Source: Basidiobolus meristosporus CBS 931.73 (Eukaryota > Fungi > Basidiobolomycota). From it: a stretch of 38,937 nucleotides of DNA. Shown here piece by piece: positions 24,895 through 36,436 of the stretch. A model generated the notes under the pieces. That model worked only from the letters and a program-made list of their open reading frames with translations. It made no database searches and was not told where the DNA came from. The stretch spans positions 1 to 38,937 of the forward strand of contig MCFE01000757.1 in NCBI GenBank assembly GCA_002104905.1, written 5' to 3'. Both the position numbers and the translations under genes were made by a program. The number at the start of each line of letters is the position of its first letter. Within the stretch, counting starts at the first letter, position 1.

Positions 24895-25105
24895 AGACTT
24901 GTTCCATTGTGCCATTGATCACAGTGCCAGAAAGTGCTGTATATTTTGTTATTAATTTAATATTTTAGGGTCATATGCATGTCAATTTTGATCCCAAATT
25001 GGCACTGTATGGCACTATCTGGTACTCTGTGGCATGATCAGGCACCATCTGGCATGCTATGGCACTATTGGGCACTATGATCAGCTGGAATGATGGAACA
25101 AGTCT
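24895..25105. mobile_element. 211-bp MITE of the Harbinger-type element at 32942-37178
   Basis: TIRs AGACTTGTTCCAT..ATGGAACAAGTCT with ATT duplicated at 24892-24894 and 25106-25108. The empty site (GACATTG) is visible in the paralogous copy near 21438 on the minus strand. GGCACTAT subterminal repeats are shared. Confidence 0.92.
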
Positions 25106-25680
25106 ATTGAATCTACATGAATGTAAGATTCAATGATGACCTGCCACAATAAGCATTATAAATAAAGTTTTGGCACCGCATACACATGCCAATCCAACCC
25201 CATTTCCCCTTTAGTTTCACTTACTTTCATATATATGCTGCCAAAAAATAAAGCAAAGTTGTCTGGTTCCCAACCAAACCCCACCACTGAGGGCAATAGC
25301 AGAATGGTTGGACAACAGCTTGCTTTGACATTCAGTGCAACAAGCAGGCTACATCCAAAAAAAGCCCTGTGGACAGTGTGCCCATTGAAGGTAATAATGC
25401 AGACTCCTCAGGCTCTCAGTCAAGTAGGCAATTGAGAACCTCTGCAGAGCCACAAGCTGACCATTATACTCAAGAAGATGAGAATGTAGCAAATGCAGTA
25501 CCCTCAGTTGAAGATCAGCAAGTGGCCATGACAACATCACCACCACCCATATTAGCAAGTATGTTGTCAGCTCATACCAAAGCATTAATGAAGCAATTAG
25601 GTGCAGTGGCTGATTGATTAGATGCAATGGCCCAGAGAAATCAGGAAATAGTCCAGAAACAGGATGAGTGGATAATACAT

Positions 25681-26750
25681 TGTGGTGGTTTATAAGTCCA
25701 AGGGAGAGATACATCCAACACTTCTCAAGTGTTTTGTGTGTGGGATGTTCACTGGGTGTAATAACATCTGGCAAAAGCTTGCCAGGAATACTGGTGTTCT
25801 GTCTCTAATCTAATGTGATAGGGAATAAAGCCACAAGTTTGTCAATGGAAAACTATTGAGCTACAGTCCCCAACCTAGTTGGTGTCTTATCAAAAGTACG
25901 TGCTGGGCTCAGCATCCTTTGAGATGACAATGTACTAAAGCTTCCAAAGTCAAAACAACTGTAAACTCCACCAGCAGGGACTTGATAAGAATGCAGCTGT
26001 GGCCAATGGCTTCAAAGACAGAAAAGTATCTTTGCCTGTACAAGAACAAACTTGGGAAAGAATCAAATATAATAACAGATACCAACTCTGAGTATTCCTC
26101 ACAAGTTGTGCCTCCAAGGTCAGTTGACGGTCAGTGCGGTTTCCTGGGAGTCTCCTGTGGTCTAGGGTTGAAAGTTCAGGTAGCAGCAGGTAGCAGTGAT
26201 CATGCTAATCAACAAGTTGGTATATTGATAAAAGGGATGATGATTTATTGTTGAGGGATAGCCTCCCTTATATACTTTGATTACTGGCTAAATGACTACT
26301 AATCATGGTGTTCCAGAAGGTCCCGGATGTCAATAGAAATCTTAATGACATCAGAATGACCTAAGAATGCTCTAAGTAGGTGCTGGAAGGTTCTAAGAGG
26401 CACAGCACATCCAACCAATCAGGAATCAGTATTCTGAAACCTGTGTAACATAGGGATACCATATATGGTATGGAAATGGTAGGGATGGTGACATGGGTTG
26501 ATCATGTGTCACAGGTACTGGCGCGGGTACTTGCCTAATATAGAAGCACTTATAGCTAGTAATCTACATAAAGTGAGGGGTAACTTATGCAATATGGTAA
26601 GCAGGTGTGATAGTCAACCGGCTTATGGGATAGTACTGATTGGGTAAGACAAATGGGATAAAACTATAATAAATGTAGTAGAGATATAGGGAAGTAGAAA
26701 ATGAGGGAACAAGCATGTCTGTCAGTAGGTGTCACTGTTACCCCACTACA
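25681..26750 (-). repeat. 3' LTR (copy A)
   Basis: TG..CA termini (TGTAGTGGGG..ACCACCACA on minus), immediately preceded by the PPT. Confidence 0.92.
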
Positions 26751-26763
26751 TCCACCCCCTCTC
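26751..26763 (-). other. Polypurine tract GAGAGGGGGTGGA
   Basis: Purine run abutting the 3' LTR; the same sequence begins again at 38931. Confidence 0.85.
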
Positions 26764-26787
26764 AGCTTTGAACTTGGGTAAAGCAAA

Positions 26788-29700
26788 CTAATCTTGATGT
26801 GCAAAATTCCTATGCTTGAATAACTTAAGTTGGTTTCCAGCAACTGGTGCCCTCAACTGGGTGTTGTCAAGCTCAGATATGTAATAACTTTCATTTCCAA
26901 TCACTTTGGAAATGAGGTAGGGGCCAGTCCATTTGTTGTCAAACTTCCAACTCCATTGTTTGTCCAAGGTGGAATCATAGAGTAATACTGGGTCTCCTAG
27001 TGATAGTGGTTTTGGTCTTGTTGGGTGTTATTTGTCAAAGGGCACCTTGTTCTTCAGTTGTGTATCCTTAAGTTGTTCAGCAACTCTGCTGATATTCAAG
27101 TCATGGTGATCAAGTTGCTGTATGCAAGTTGCAAGGAGGTCTTCAGTCTGCATATTGGATCTCCAGTTCAATGAGTTCCAAGTGAATGTGTTTAACTCAA
27201 CTGGTAGTATGCAGTCATGTCCATAGAGTGGTTTGAATGGCAATAATCCAGTTGTTCTCTTGGTAGTAATTCTATCTGCCCAGAGTGCAAGATGTAATTG
27301 CTGTGGCCACAGTGTTGTGTTATTCTCACAGGTCCTGACAAGAGAGTTCACCAATGGTCCATGTCCTCTTGCTATCATTACATTGGCTTGAGGGTGGTAA
27401 GCTGTTGTAATAGCAATGTGTATCTTGTACTTTGAGCACAGCTCCTGGATCATTTGGGATGTCATCTCTCCTCTGTCAGCAACAAACTGTTGGATGCGGC
27501 CAAATCTGCAGATGATGTCTTCAAGTATAAATCTCCATATGGTATGGCTCTTGTTGTTGGGCAAGGCTCAAGCCTCTGCCCACCCACTAAGGTCATCTCT
27601 AGCAACAATCAGGTACTTTTTTGATCCAGCTGTTGGCAAGTGGACAAGGTCAATACCAACCTTTTGCCATAGACAGATTGTGTAAGTAGGATGCAGTGGT
27701 TCTTCATAACGCTTGGAGGATCTCTTCTGGCAGGATACACATGACTCAACAAAATGTTGGATATCATAGTACATGTTTTCCCAGTAGTACCTCTGAGCTG
27801 TGGTATTGTAGGTGACTTCTTGTCCTCTATGTCCTCCTGGTTCTCCTTGATGGATACTTGTCATGATGTTCAGTTGCTCTTGTGGGGTAGTGACTACTCT
27901 TCTTGGCATAAGTCCAGGCTTCACTTGCTTAAAGAGAAGATCATCTTTAAGATAGTAGTGGTGTGCCTTCTTCCTGAGTTTTCTAAACTCCTGAATTTCC
28001 ATCCAACTAGGTTTCTTAAGTATCCTTAGATATTCCTTGATCAGACTCCAGGTAGTTCTCTCTTGGTCTTTGATGGCAATCCGCCAGATCTCTGCATCAA
28101 TAATATCATCAAAGTGAGGGTCCAAGTCTTCAAATAATTGTGGTGCCTTCCTGGAGAGTGCATCAGCCACAACATTTGTCTTGCCAGGGATATGTCTGAC
28201 CTCAAAGTCAAGCATTTTCAGCCATGCCATCCATTGGTTTGTGGCATCATCAGGTAGGTCAGGTTTGTTGATCATTCCTATAAGTGGCTTGGCATCTGTC
28301 TCCAGGATAAAATGTGTCATGTAGAGTTGTGACTTAAGTTTCCCCAGCATCTTCACAGCTCCTAGTAGTTCTCTCTTAATCTGACAGTATCTTTGTTCAC
28401 TAGGAGAGAATATGCAGCTCTCATATCTGTAGGCACAGCGGTTGCCATCTTCATCATCTTGTCTAAGTAGTGCTCCAGCTCATATAGGGCTTGCATCCAC
28501 TGTCAAAATAGGTGGGCATTCAGTGTTTTGATGGTCAAGAGGTCTTAGAACTGGTGGAGATACTAAGGCCTCTTTCAGTTATTGCATGGCTTCTTCTTGC
28601 TCTTCTCCCTAGATGAATGGGGTATTCTTTCTCTGTAGTTGGTAGATTGGTTCTGCTATCTCAGAAAATCTTGGGATCCAGATCCTAAAGAACCCACAAG
28701 CTGCCACAAAGCTACAAGCTTGTGTTAGATTTGTGGGGGTAGGCCAGTTGCATATCTTTTGTGTCTTGGAATCTCCAGGTGAACAACCAAAAGTGTTGAA
28801 TTTTTGTCCAACAATGGATATCTCTGATACACCAAAGCTGCTTTTCTCACCACTGATGGTGAGTCCAGATTCTTCAATGGCTCCTAATATGACATCATTG
28901 TCTGAAATATGGTCATAGACAAACTTTGTTACTCCAGGCATGACTTCAGTGGTGTCCTGGGTTTTTGGTCCTTTGATGCCTATGTCATCAACAAAGACAG
29001 CAAGCCTCTCAGGTATAAACTGGTATAGCACATTCACCATGCATCTCTGAAACTGAGTCATGGAGTTTGTAGCCCCTTGGCCGAGTCTTGTCATCCTTAA
29101 AAGTCCAAATGGTGTCTGTAATGCAAACCTATCTCTTGATGTCTCATCAAGGGGAATCTGGTCATATCCTGAGTAGAGATCATATGTTGAGTAGATGGAG
29201 TAGCCACTAAAGCTTTCTGCAAAGTCATCAATAGATGGAGGTATAGCAACATCTCTGATAGTGACAGCATTTGCAGGTTGCATGTCTTGAATGAATCGGA
29301 GCTTTCCATTCTTCTTTATGGTCACAAACCATCTGCTAGCATAGGGTCCATGGCAAGGTTCTAGGATACCAGCTTCTATCTTCTTCTTAAGTAGGTCATG
29401 TACATCAGCTTAGAGTCCTCTGGGCAGTGGGTAAGGCTTAAATGACCAGGGTGTGTGGGGCACTGTATGAATCTTGATGGGTTTTTCAACCAATATCTTT
29501 AAGAGCCCCATCTCCTTGTCATTATATGAGAAAACCTTATCATGCCTTTTCAAGGTTTCTTCAAATAATAGTATCTCCTCTGGTGTAAGGTTTCCATCAC
29601 CAATGATAAGTTGCGTAAGTCTCTCAGGTGTAAGTTGTATATCTTCTGGTGTTTCTTCTGCTGGTCTAATGTAATCAGCAGGTCAGGATCCATCAGTCAA

Positions 29701-31641
29701 AGGGGTAAGTGATGGTCTAATCTTCTGTTCTACTGTCTTGTATTTTGTCCAAACCATTGCAGTCTGCTCCTGTATACCTAATGTGCAGCTCCAAATGTTG
29801 GGGTGTATATTGTCAGGCTCCTCATCTTCTTCCAAAACAAGTTGCGTCTTCTGGCAAGTAGTATGTGTCCTCTTATTGTTGGGTGTTACACCACAGGAGG
29901 TTGACTGTAGTCCTGGGTTGGATCCTTGTATGGTGTACCATACTGACCCATTGGAATAGTTGGTAGTTGTAGCCTTAGTACTGGTTTCCCATTGTCTACC
30001 TAGCAGAAGGTCAAACTTTGCCTTCTGGCAGATGAAGAGGGGAAGCCAGACCTTGATTCCTTGTACCTCAATAGGGAACTTGTGTACTACACCATAGAGT
30101 GGACTAGATCCTGAGTTTCCATCTGTCATGTTCCATGCAATATCTCTATTAACAGGCAGTAGCTCCTTGCTACTAAGTGTCTTCCAGAAGTCTAGCAGCA
30201 TAACACAAATCTCTGAGTTACTGTCAATATGGCAGTCAACAGGGTCATCATATATATACCCTTTCACCACAGCAGTTGCAACTGAGTAAAAGGTCTTATA
30301 TTCAGTATTGTTGTCATCCTTTTGGTGGTCTTCAGGGTTTGTCTGAATTATATGGGTGTCCATTTGTTCCACAGCTTGTTGTCTTGTTCTAAGCTGCTCA
30401 TCAAAGGTCTTCCTAACAGATGGGGATACACTCATGATTTCTCAAACCAACAAAGTGAGGTTCTGCTTCAGCAGCTTCTCAGTAATCAGTTGAGGGCTTG
30501 AGTAGTTTGCTATCTTTGAGGTCATCTGAAAGTGAGGCAATGGATCTTGGGTGGGCAGCATACTAGGCCTCTTGTCAATAACAACTTCAGGTTCTTCAAA
30601 TTGTGGTCTTCTAAGGATGGGTTTGGCAGGTTCTTCAGGGAAGTGTCTTTTGGTAGCAAAGGCATCAACTTCATATTGTCTGTTGTCAGCGCTGCTTGGA
30701 TTCACTCTATGAGTCCCAATAGAGGCACCAACACTAATCTTTCTGGTTGCTGAGTCAGATTTCTGGAAAAGGGCTCTCATCCTTCCTCTTTGGAAATTAG
30801 TGGGAATCCTTCTTCCTTCCTTGTCAGCAAGCATTCCATCAGCATCAAACTGTACTGCTCCTTCTCTGAGTAGCTGACTAAGCTCTGATCATTCTTGTCT
30901 GGCATTCTGTGTAGAGTCACACCAGATGTACTGCCTGGGCAAAGGTCTTTGTACCTCAGTAGCAACCTCAGCTGAGTCATTAATCTTGAGGGCTAGCTTT
31001 TGTAGCTGTTCAGCAAGTTAGTCAATTCTGTTGGTAGTGTAGGTCTGATTGTCAGCAGCAGCACTCCTTGGCTTCTTGGTTGACTGGTCTGGCAGATTAA
31101 ATGTCAGGAGTCTCATGAAGGTAGAAGTTTGCTTTGCCTCTAGGAGAACACATTTCATCTCTTCAAAGCAAGGAATGCCAGACTTGTCATCCTTGGCTGC
31201 ATGTAAGTCAACTTTCCTTGCCAAGTCCTGGGGAAGCCGTTGTGCAAGGTAAAGTATCATGGTAAACGCAGTTATAGCCTGGGACTCTAGAAGTGGCTTA
31301 GCCATGTCTTCATATTGTTGAATGAACTCTTCAATTGATAGCTTGGAAAGTCCAGTTCTTCCAAAGTGTTGGAGGTCTTCAATTCCATAGTATATCTGGG
31401 GTCTACCATACTTGGTCTGTAGGTAGGTCTTCATTAAGGCCCAGTCAGTGAGAATGTCTCCTTGTCCAAGAAGCTTAGTGGTAATTTCATTGGTGCAGTA
31501 GTAGGGGAAGTCTTCAGCCTTTTCTAGTTCAGATAGGCTGCACATCTTGCAGAGCTTCTCCCATTTGAATATGAAGCTTTCCACATTCTTTCCATCAAAC
31601 TGTGGGGCTCCATGTGAGAGTTGTAATGGCATAGAGTTCAT
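26788..31641 (-). pseudogene. Single-frame gag-pol (1618 codons) with about 10 in-frame stops
   Basis: Gag APQFDG; protease IDSNSE (degenerate DSG); RT FVDD; RNase H TVDAS..RELL; integrase H-x6-H..CVSC, DLVH..DDLSGWAEA, ADRGE and WTGPY. All listed ORF pieces share one frame. Confidence 0.92.
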
Positions 31642-31759
31642 TTTGGGCAGGTAGGTTGGTGTTGTAATCTTGGTAATATTGGTAGTCTCTTTTCAATAGG
31701 TGGATAACAGCTCAAATCTTCAGGTAAATCTTATTGGGTCCTAGGGAACTTGTATGAAC

Positions 31760-31777
31760 CCCCCACATTGGGTGCAA
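31760..31777 (-). other. Primer-binding site, tRNA-Lys(CUU)-like
   Basis: TTGCACCCAATGTGGGGG, 4 nt after the 5' LTR, versus the canonical Lys PBS TGGCGCCCAACGTGGGGC; two of the differences are CpG transitions. Confidence 0.7.
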
Positions 31778-31781
31778 ACTA

Positions 31782-32850
31782 TGTTGTGGTGTATAGGTTC
31801 AAGGGAGAGATATGTCCAACACTTCTCAAGTGTTTTGTTTGTGGGGTGTTCATTGGGTGCAATAACCTCTGGCAAAAGCTTGCTAGGAATACTGGTGTCT
31901 GTCTCTAGTCTAATGTGAAGGGGAATAAAGCCGCAAGCTTGTCAAGGGAAAACTATTGAGCTACAATCCCCAACTTAGTTGGCATCATAACAAAAGTATA
32001 TGCTGCATTCAGTGTCCTTTGAGATGACAATGTACTAAAGCTTCCAAAGTCAAAACAACTGTAAACTCCACCAGCAGGGACTTAATAAGAATGCAGCTGT
32101 GGTTAATAGTTACAAAGACAGTAAAGTATCTTTGCCTGTACAAGAACAAACTTGGGAAAGAATCAAATATAATAAAAGATACCTACTCTGAGTATTCCTC
32201 ACAAGTAGTGCCTCCAAGGTCAGTTGGCGGTCAGTGCGGTTTCCTGTGAGTCTCCTGTGGTCTGGGGTTGAAAGTTCAGGTAGCAGCTGGTAGCAGTGAT
32301 CATGCTAATCAACAAGTTGGTATATTGATAAAAGGGATGATGATTTATTGTTGAGGGATAGCCTCCCTTATATACTTTGCTTACTGGCTAAATGATTACT
32401 AATCATGGTGTTCCAGAAGGTTCCGGATGTCAATAGATATCTTAATGACATCAGAATGACCTAAGAATGCTCTAAGTAGGTGCTGGAAGGTTCTAAGAGG
32501 CACAGCACATCCAACCAATCAGGAATCAGTATTCTGAAACCTGTGTAACATAGGGATACCATATATGGTATAGAAATGGTAGGGATGGTGAAACAGGTTG
32601 ATTATGTGTCACAGGTACTGGCAGGGGTACTTGCCTAATATAGAAGCACTTATAGCTAGTAATATATATAAAGTGAGGGGTAACTTATGCAATAATGTAA
32701 GCAGGTGTGATAGTCAACCAGCTTATGGGATAGTGCCAATTGAGTAAGACAAATGGGATAAAACTAAAATAAATGTAGTAGAGATATAGGGAAGTAGAAA
32801 CTGAGGGAATGAGCACATCTGTCAGTGGGTGTCATTGTCACCCCACTACA
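31782..32850 (-). repeat. 5' LTR (copy B)
   Basis: Colinear with copy A, TG..CA termini, followed by the PBS on minus. Confidence 0.92.
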
Positions 32851-33124
32851 GTGGTTTCCTGGGAGTGTCCTGTGGTCTGGGATTGGAAGTTCAGGTAGCG
32901 GCAGGTAGCAGTGATCACACTAATCCACAAGTCAGCATATTAGACTTGTTCCGTTGGACAGTGCCACATAGTGCCAGCCTGTTTATAGTGCCGGATCGAT
33001 CTAGCACTCTACGGCACTATCTGGCACTATAATTTCTACCATGATGCCAGTGGTATGATGCAGTTACTGGTAATTTTACTCAATCTTACTTATGTTGCTC
33101 AGAATAGTGCTTTCTTTGCTTTAT

Positions 33125-34009
33125 TTACTCTTCATAATGCTCCAGACACATTTCTCTCAGTGGATGTCTTCTTGTATGAACATACTGTGCATCAATAAGT
33201 ATCTTAACTATTTTACCTATTCTGCTGTTTTCTCCTACATATGACTTTCCTCTGTATTTACCTGCCAATATGCTGAATCTCTTCAGATATCCAAATGTGT
33301 GCTCTACCCTTACTCTGAAATGATTAAATATCTCATTGTAGAGCTTCTGCTTCCTGCTAAGCACACCATTCCTTGGCATCCTATAAGCTGTAATACATCC
33401 TAATCTCTGACAATTCTCTCCTATATAGGCTAAGTCTGCGATACATTTCTCCCCTCTACTGAATTCAGGATGATTCTCTACCCAGAGTGCTTTGTCATGC
33501 CTACTTCCAGCAAATGGCCCACTAAACCAGATGATATTACCCTCAATGTCAGACAGTGCTTGAAACTTCACGCAGTGTGCCTTGTACTTGCCAGAATAAA
33601 AGTGCCTCTGCCCTCTAGAAGGTCTGCTAATCCTCACTGGGAAGGTATCCAAAATACTCCTTATATGGAACCTGTTGCTGAACACTCTGGGATATGGAAG
33701 TCTATTGGAGCTTCTGAACCTAGTATTCCAAGCTTGCTCTAAGTCATTCATACCCTCTGCAAGGTGGTTCTCCATTGCTGTCAGCTGGGAATGAAAGCTT
33801 CTAGGACTTTTGTTGCCATGGATGGTGGGATGAAACCTTGTGGGGCAATAGTTCTTGTAATAGCAGAGAAGCTTAACAAGGGATCTCCTTGAGTAGATTG
33901 GGGTTGATGGTCCACAGTACTTGGTATAGATCTCCTCCAGTGTGTCAAAAGGAAATCCAGTAGTAGTGATGGGATTGATGAGAAAAGACCATTCAGAAGA
34001 GTAAGTCAT
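33125..34009 (-). CDS. Harbinger-type DDE transposase (DDE_Tnp_4-like), intact 294 aa
   Basis: ILDTFP..YSGKYKAH.VKFQ..GSRHD..IADLAY.G..YN..RVRVEH.FGYLKRF.IL..YR; D, D and E are all present. Confidence 0.92.
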   Translation of the reverse strand: MTYSSEWSFLINPITTTGFPFDTLEEIYTKYCGPSTPIYSRRSLVKLLCYYKNYCPTRFHPTIHGNKSPRSFHSQLTAMENHLAEGMNDLEQAWNTRFRSSNRLPYPRVFSNRFHIRSILDTFPVRISRPSRGQRHFYSGKYKAHCVKFQALSDIEGNIIWFSGPFAGSRHDKALWVENHPEFSRGEKCIADLAYIGENCQRLGCITAYRMPRNGVLSRKQKLYNEIFNHFRVRVEHTFGYLKRFSILAGKYRGKSYVGENSRIGKIVKILIDAQYVHTRRHPLREMCLEHYEE

Positions 34010-34368
34010 ATTAAAATTGATGGATGATTGTATGGAGGCGGTATGAATCGATTCGGCGCGATCTGCGTTATTTATCTGATTTTTAACACATTTTGGTTAA
34101 ATCTCCATCAATTGCCATGTATCCCATCATTATGTCGCAAAAATCATCCGCAAACAATGCCTTGGTACTTCTATTTATGGTTTAATCATAGGTCTATAAT
34201 CAAATAGGAAATCTGCAATTGATGTGATCTGATCCGTGTCAACGCGATCCAAGATGCATCATGCATAATATATGGAAAATTCAACAATCACATTAGTTTT
34301 CATATATATTTCATATAAGACCAGGTTGATGCCAATATACTGCTGTATAAGTATCCAAATCTGTTGCT

Positions 34369-36436
34369 ATGGTCCCCATACCAAGCCTCAACTCATCTTT
34401 AGTACAACCCAGACAAAACCCATCTCCTAGCTCACAAGCGCGGTCCGGACCGGAAAAGTTGATGTTGGATCCGTTTGAGTTCTCACCAAATGATTTTAGT
34501 ATGGCCCAAGTGTCTATGATGAGCCTTCATACAGATATTTGGGCACTACTGATTAATCTAGCAGAACTAGATACCTCAGAGAGTCGACAAAGATGGAAGA
34601 ATTTGAGTAGAAAGCTGTGGCATGAGTTCTACATCAAGATGCCAGCCGATGTATGTAAAAAGATATATAACAAGACAAGTATTGAAATCAAGAATGAGCT
34701 GAGAGTGAGGGGATTTGACGAAGAAGCTGCGCGGGAACAATTTTGCGTGCAATTTGCACAGTACGGCCGGACGCGTCCGTTCGTGCCTCAACTTTGGGAA
34801 CCAAAGAGATTTTGAATGAGTTTTTGCCTCAAATGACTAATGTACTACGTGATAATTAGTAGAGCTAAGTGGCTTCCGAGAGCAATATACACAGGACTCA
34901 TCCAGGCAACAGCTCCAAAGTATCAGACAGAGGGTAAGTGAATACCTTGAGGAATCAGATGGTGAGCTTCAGGAGGAAGAATACAGACCGCGAGCAACAT
35001 TGTCCAGATTGCGCCAGCATGCCTCGCTGGATTCCCTACCATCTCTTGCAACCACAGCGCGCCGGCGCACGTCAGTCCAGAGTACGCCAACACCCTTTAC
35101 CAGAACGCCCCGCGTCAAGTCAACGCGCATTGAGTCAACCTGCGTTGGGTCAACGCGCACGCTTCAGAGCAAAACTACGAGAAATCGCCAAACTGCTCAT
35201 TTAGACACAAGTCCATTGGAGCGGACCAAGTTGCGTCAACATGCAGCATGACATCAAACTCAGCCAAGGGCCATCTCAACGCGTCAAGGCGCGCCTGCGC
35301 TGTGGTAGGGTAAACATACCTCCCACAGACAAGTTTATTCATATAGTCATTATGATATACTTATCCATATTTTATCTTATCAGTATTATCCCATTCTTCT
35401 TTTGCCCATATTATCAGTTTTATCCCCATATGATGTTTACCCTGATTATTTATTAGCATTAGTTATCCCAGATGTTATTCAGCTTTGTGATCAGTAGATG
35501 TATCTATATAAGGCAAGTACCCGCGTCAGTACCTGTGACACATGATCTAGGTCTGTGTTACCATCCCTACCATTTCAATACCATATATGGTATTTCTATG
35601 TTGCACAGGTTTCAGACTACTGATTCCTGATTGGTTGAGAGTGCTGTGCCTTTTAGAACCTTCCAGGACATTCTTGGCATATTTTTAGCTCATAGTGATG
35701 TCATCAAGAATTCCACTGATACCTAGAATCTTCTAGAACCTTGTCATTAGTAATCACGTGGCAATCAGGAAAAGTATTTAAGGGAAAGCAATCCCTCATC
35801 AATAAATCATCCCTTCTATCAGTAACACTTCTACCTTATTGATTAGCAGTTGATCACTGCACCTGCCTTCAACAGTACATCTCAGACCTGCAATCAAGGA
35901 GCTTTTCAGGGTAGTGCACAAGACACACAGAGGCCTTTGGAGACACTTGGGCACCTAGGAAGCTAGAGAAGCAGGAGCTTTTACCATAGTGGCATATTGA
36001 CAAAGACACCAGCAGTTTAGACACAGAGGTTATTGCACCCATCAGACACCTCACACACCTTGAGTTGTGTAGTTTCTCCCAGGAGTACCTCTACACCACC
36101 ACAGCGTGTGCCGTCTTGCCTGACCATCAGCGAGTTACTTCTGGTGAACTGACTGATGATGACCAACATGAAGTGCCTCAACCACCGGAGCCTTTGGCAA
36201 GTAAAAGAACGCGTCAGCGCGTGGCACTACAGGCCGGTTCAGTTGGTTCAGTCGGAGCGATTCAGCGCGGCCAAGCTGCAGCATTGCACTCATCAACTAG
36301 GAGGCAAAATACTGACTACGAATACACAAGTAGCCAAGATGATAGTCAGCCAGGAAGTAGTATAGGTGTGCCAAGTGAGTCACTACCAAATGCTTCAGTA
36401 GTAATCCCTGTGAGAAAAAAACCCTGGAGAAGATGA
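34369..36436 (+). pseudogene. Second gene of the Harbinger-type element (Myb/SANT/MADF-like N-terminus), interrupted by a solo LTR and one stop
   Basis: RQRWKNLSRKLW motif and a probable intron near 34773-34859. Removing 35301-36107 rejoins the 35000 and 36065 ORF frames; TGA at 35249-35251 looks like a CpG transition from CGA. Confidence 0.65.
35301..36103 (+). repeat. Solo LTR of a second, related family (803 bp)
   Basis: TGTGGTAGGG..CACCACCACA termini; homology to the first LTR family (GGCAAGTACCCGCG.CAGTACCTGTGACACATGATC); flanks GCGC and GCGT. Confidence 0.85.

Larger units (their letters stand above)
25681..32850 (-). mobile_element. Ty3/Gypsy LTR retrotransposon, structurally full length, defective, no TSD
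   Basis: ~1070-bp LTRs, PBS, PPT and domain order gag-PR-RT-RH-INT. Confidence 0.95.

Noticed and set aside
25982-26254. Recurrent MIRMQLW.. ORFs (also 19527 and 38162)
   Set aside because: They recur only because they lie in LTR copies; other copies have frame disruptions.
18301-33900. Classical RIP as the cause of repeat decay
   Set aside because: CpA is plentiful and the loss is CpG-specific, which does not fit the CpA-to-TpA signature.
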